64,000 bases of DNA from positions 32,001-96,000 of the IMG/VR virus record IMGVR_UViG_3300025687_000001. One strand, given 5' to 3'. Each line of letters starts with the position of its first letter. Within the stretch, counting starts at the first letter, position 1. Both the position numbers and the translations under genes were made by a program. This document shows, piece by piece, positions 63,996-64,000 of the stretch. Origin of the DNA: a virus. The notes beneath the pieces are model-generated. The model was not told the origin of the DNA. It did not search any database and worked only from the letters and a program-made list of their open reading frames with translations.

Positions 63996-64000
63996 ATCGT

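Noticed and set aside
1-64000. Stop-codon reassignment
   Set aside because: Conserved genes are full length under the standard code, TAG, TGA and TAA all end genes, and no suppressor tRNA was seen.

Overview
This 64-kb window looks like part of a large, GC-rich (about 60%) tailed-phage genome with a contractile tail. The + strand carries mostly replication, recombination and accessory genes: an SNF2 helicase fragment, RNase HI, two Cas4-like PD-(D/E)XK nucleases, ParB, an SSB-like protein, a primase-helicase, a family A DNA polymerase with a UDG-like domain, a DinG helicase, RuvC, two MoxR-VWA pairs, MazG and 11 tRNAs. The - strand carries mostly morphogenesis genes: TerL, baseplate and tail proteins, a tape-measure protein preceded by a -1 frameshifting chaperone, an amidase and two sigma factors. 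The most notable observation is a set of four non-coding units with the architecture of retron msr-msd RNAs. Three lie in tandem at 12081-12480 and one lies alone at 49781-49947. Each has an inverted-repeat stem ending A|G...TC|G|T, two conserved msr-like hairpins and a different msd-like region. A retron-type reverse transcriptase with an atypical YSDN motif and no adjacent ncRNA sits in a translationally coupled six-gene operon at 19771-26432. Together these suggest a phage-encoded 'one RT, many msDNAs' system acting in trans; this link is inferred, not demonstrated. All calls come from reading motifs and base pairing by eye; no searches or folding programs were run.
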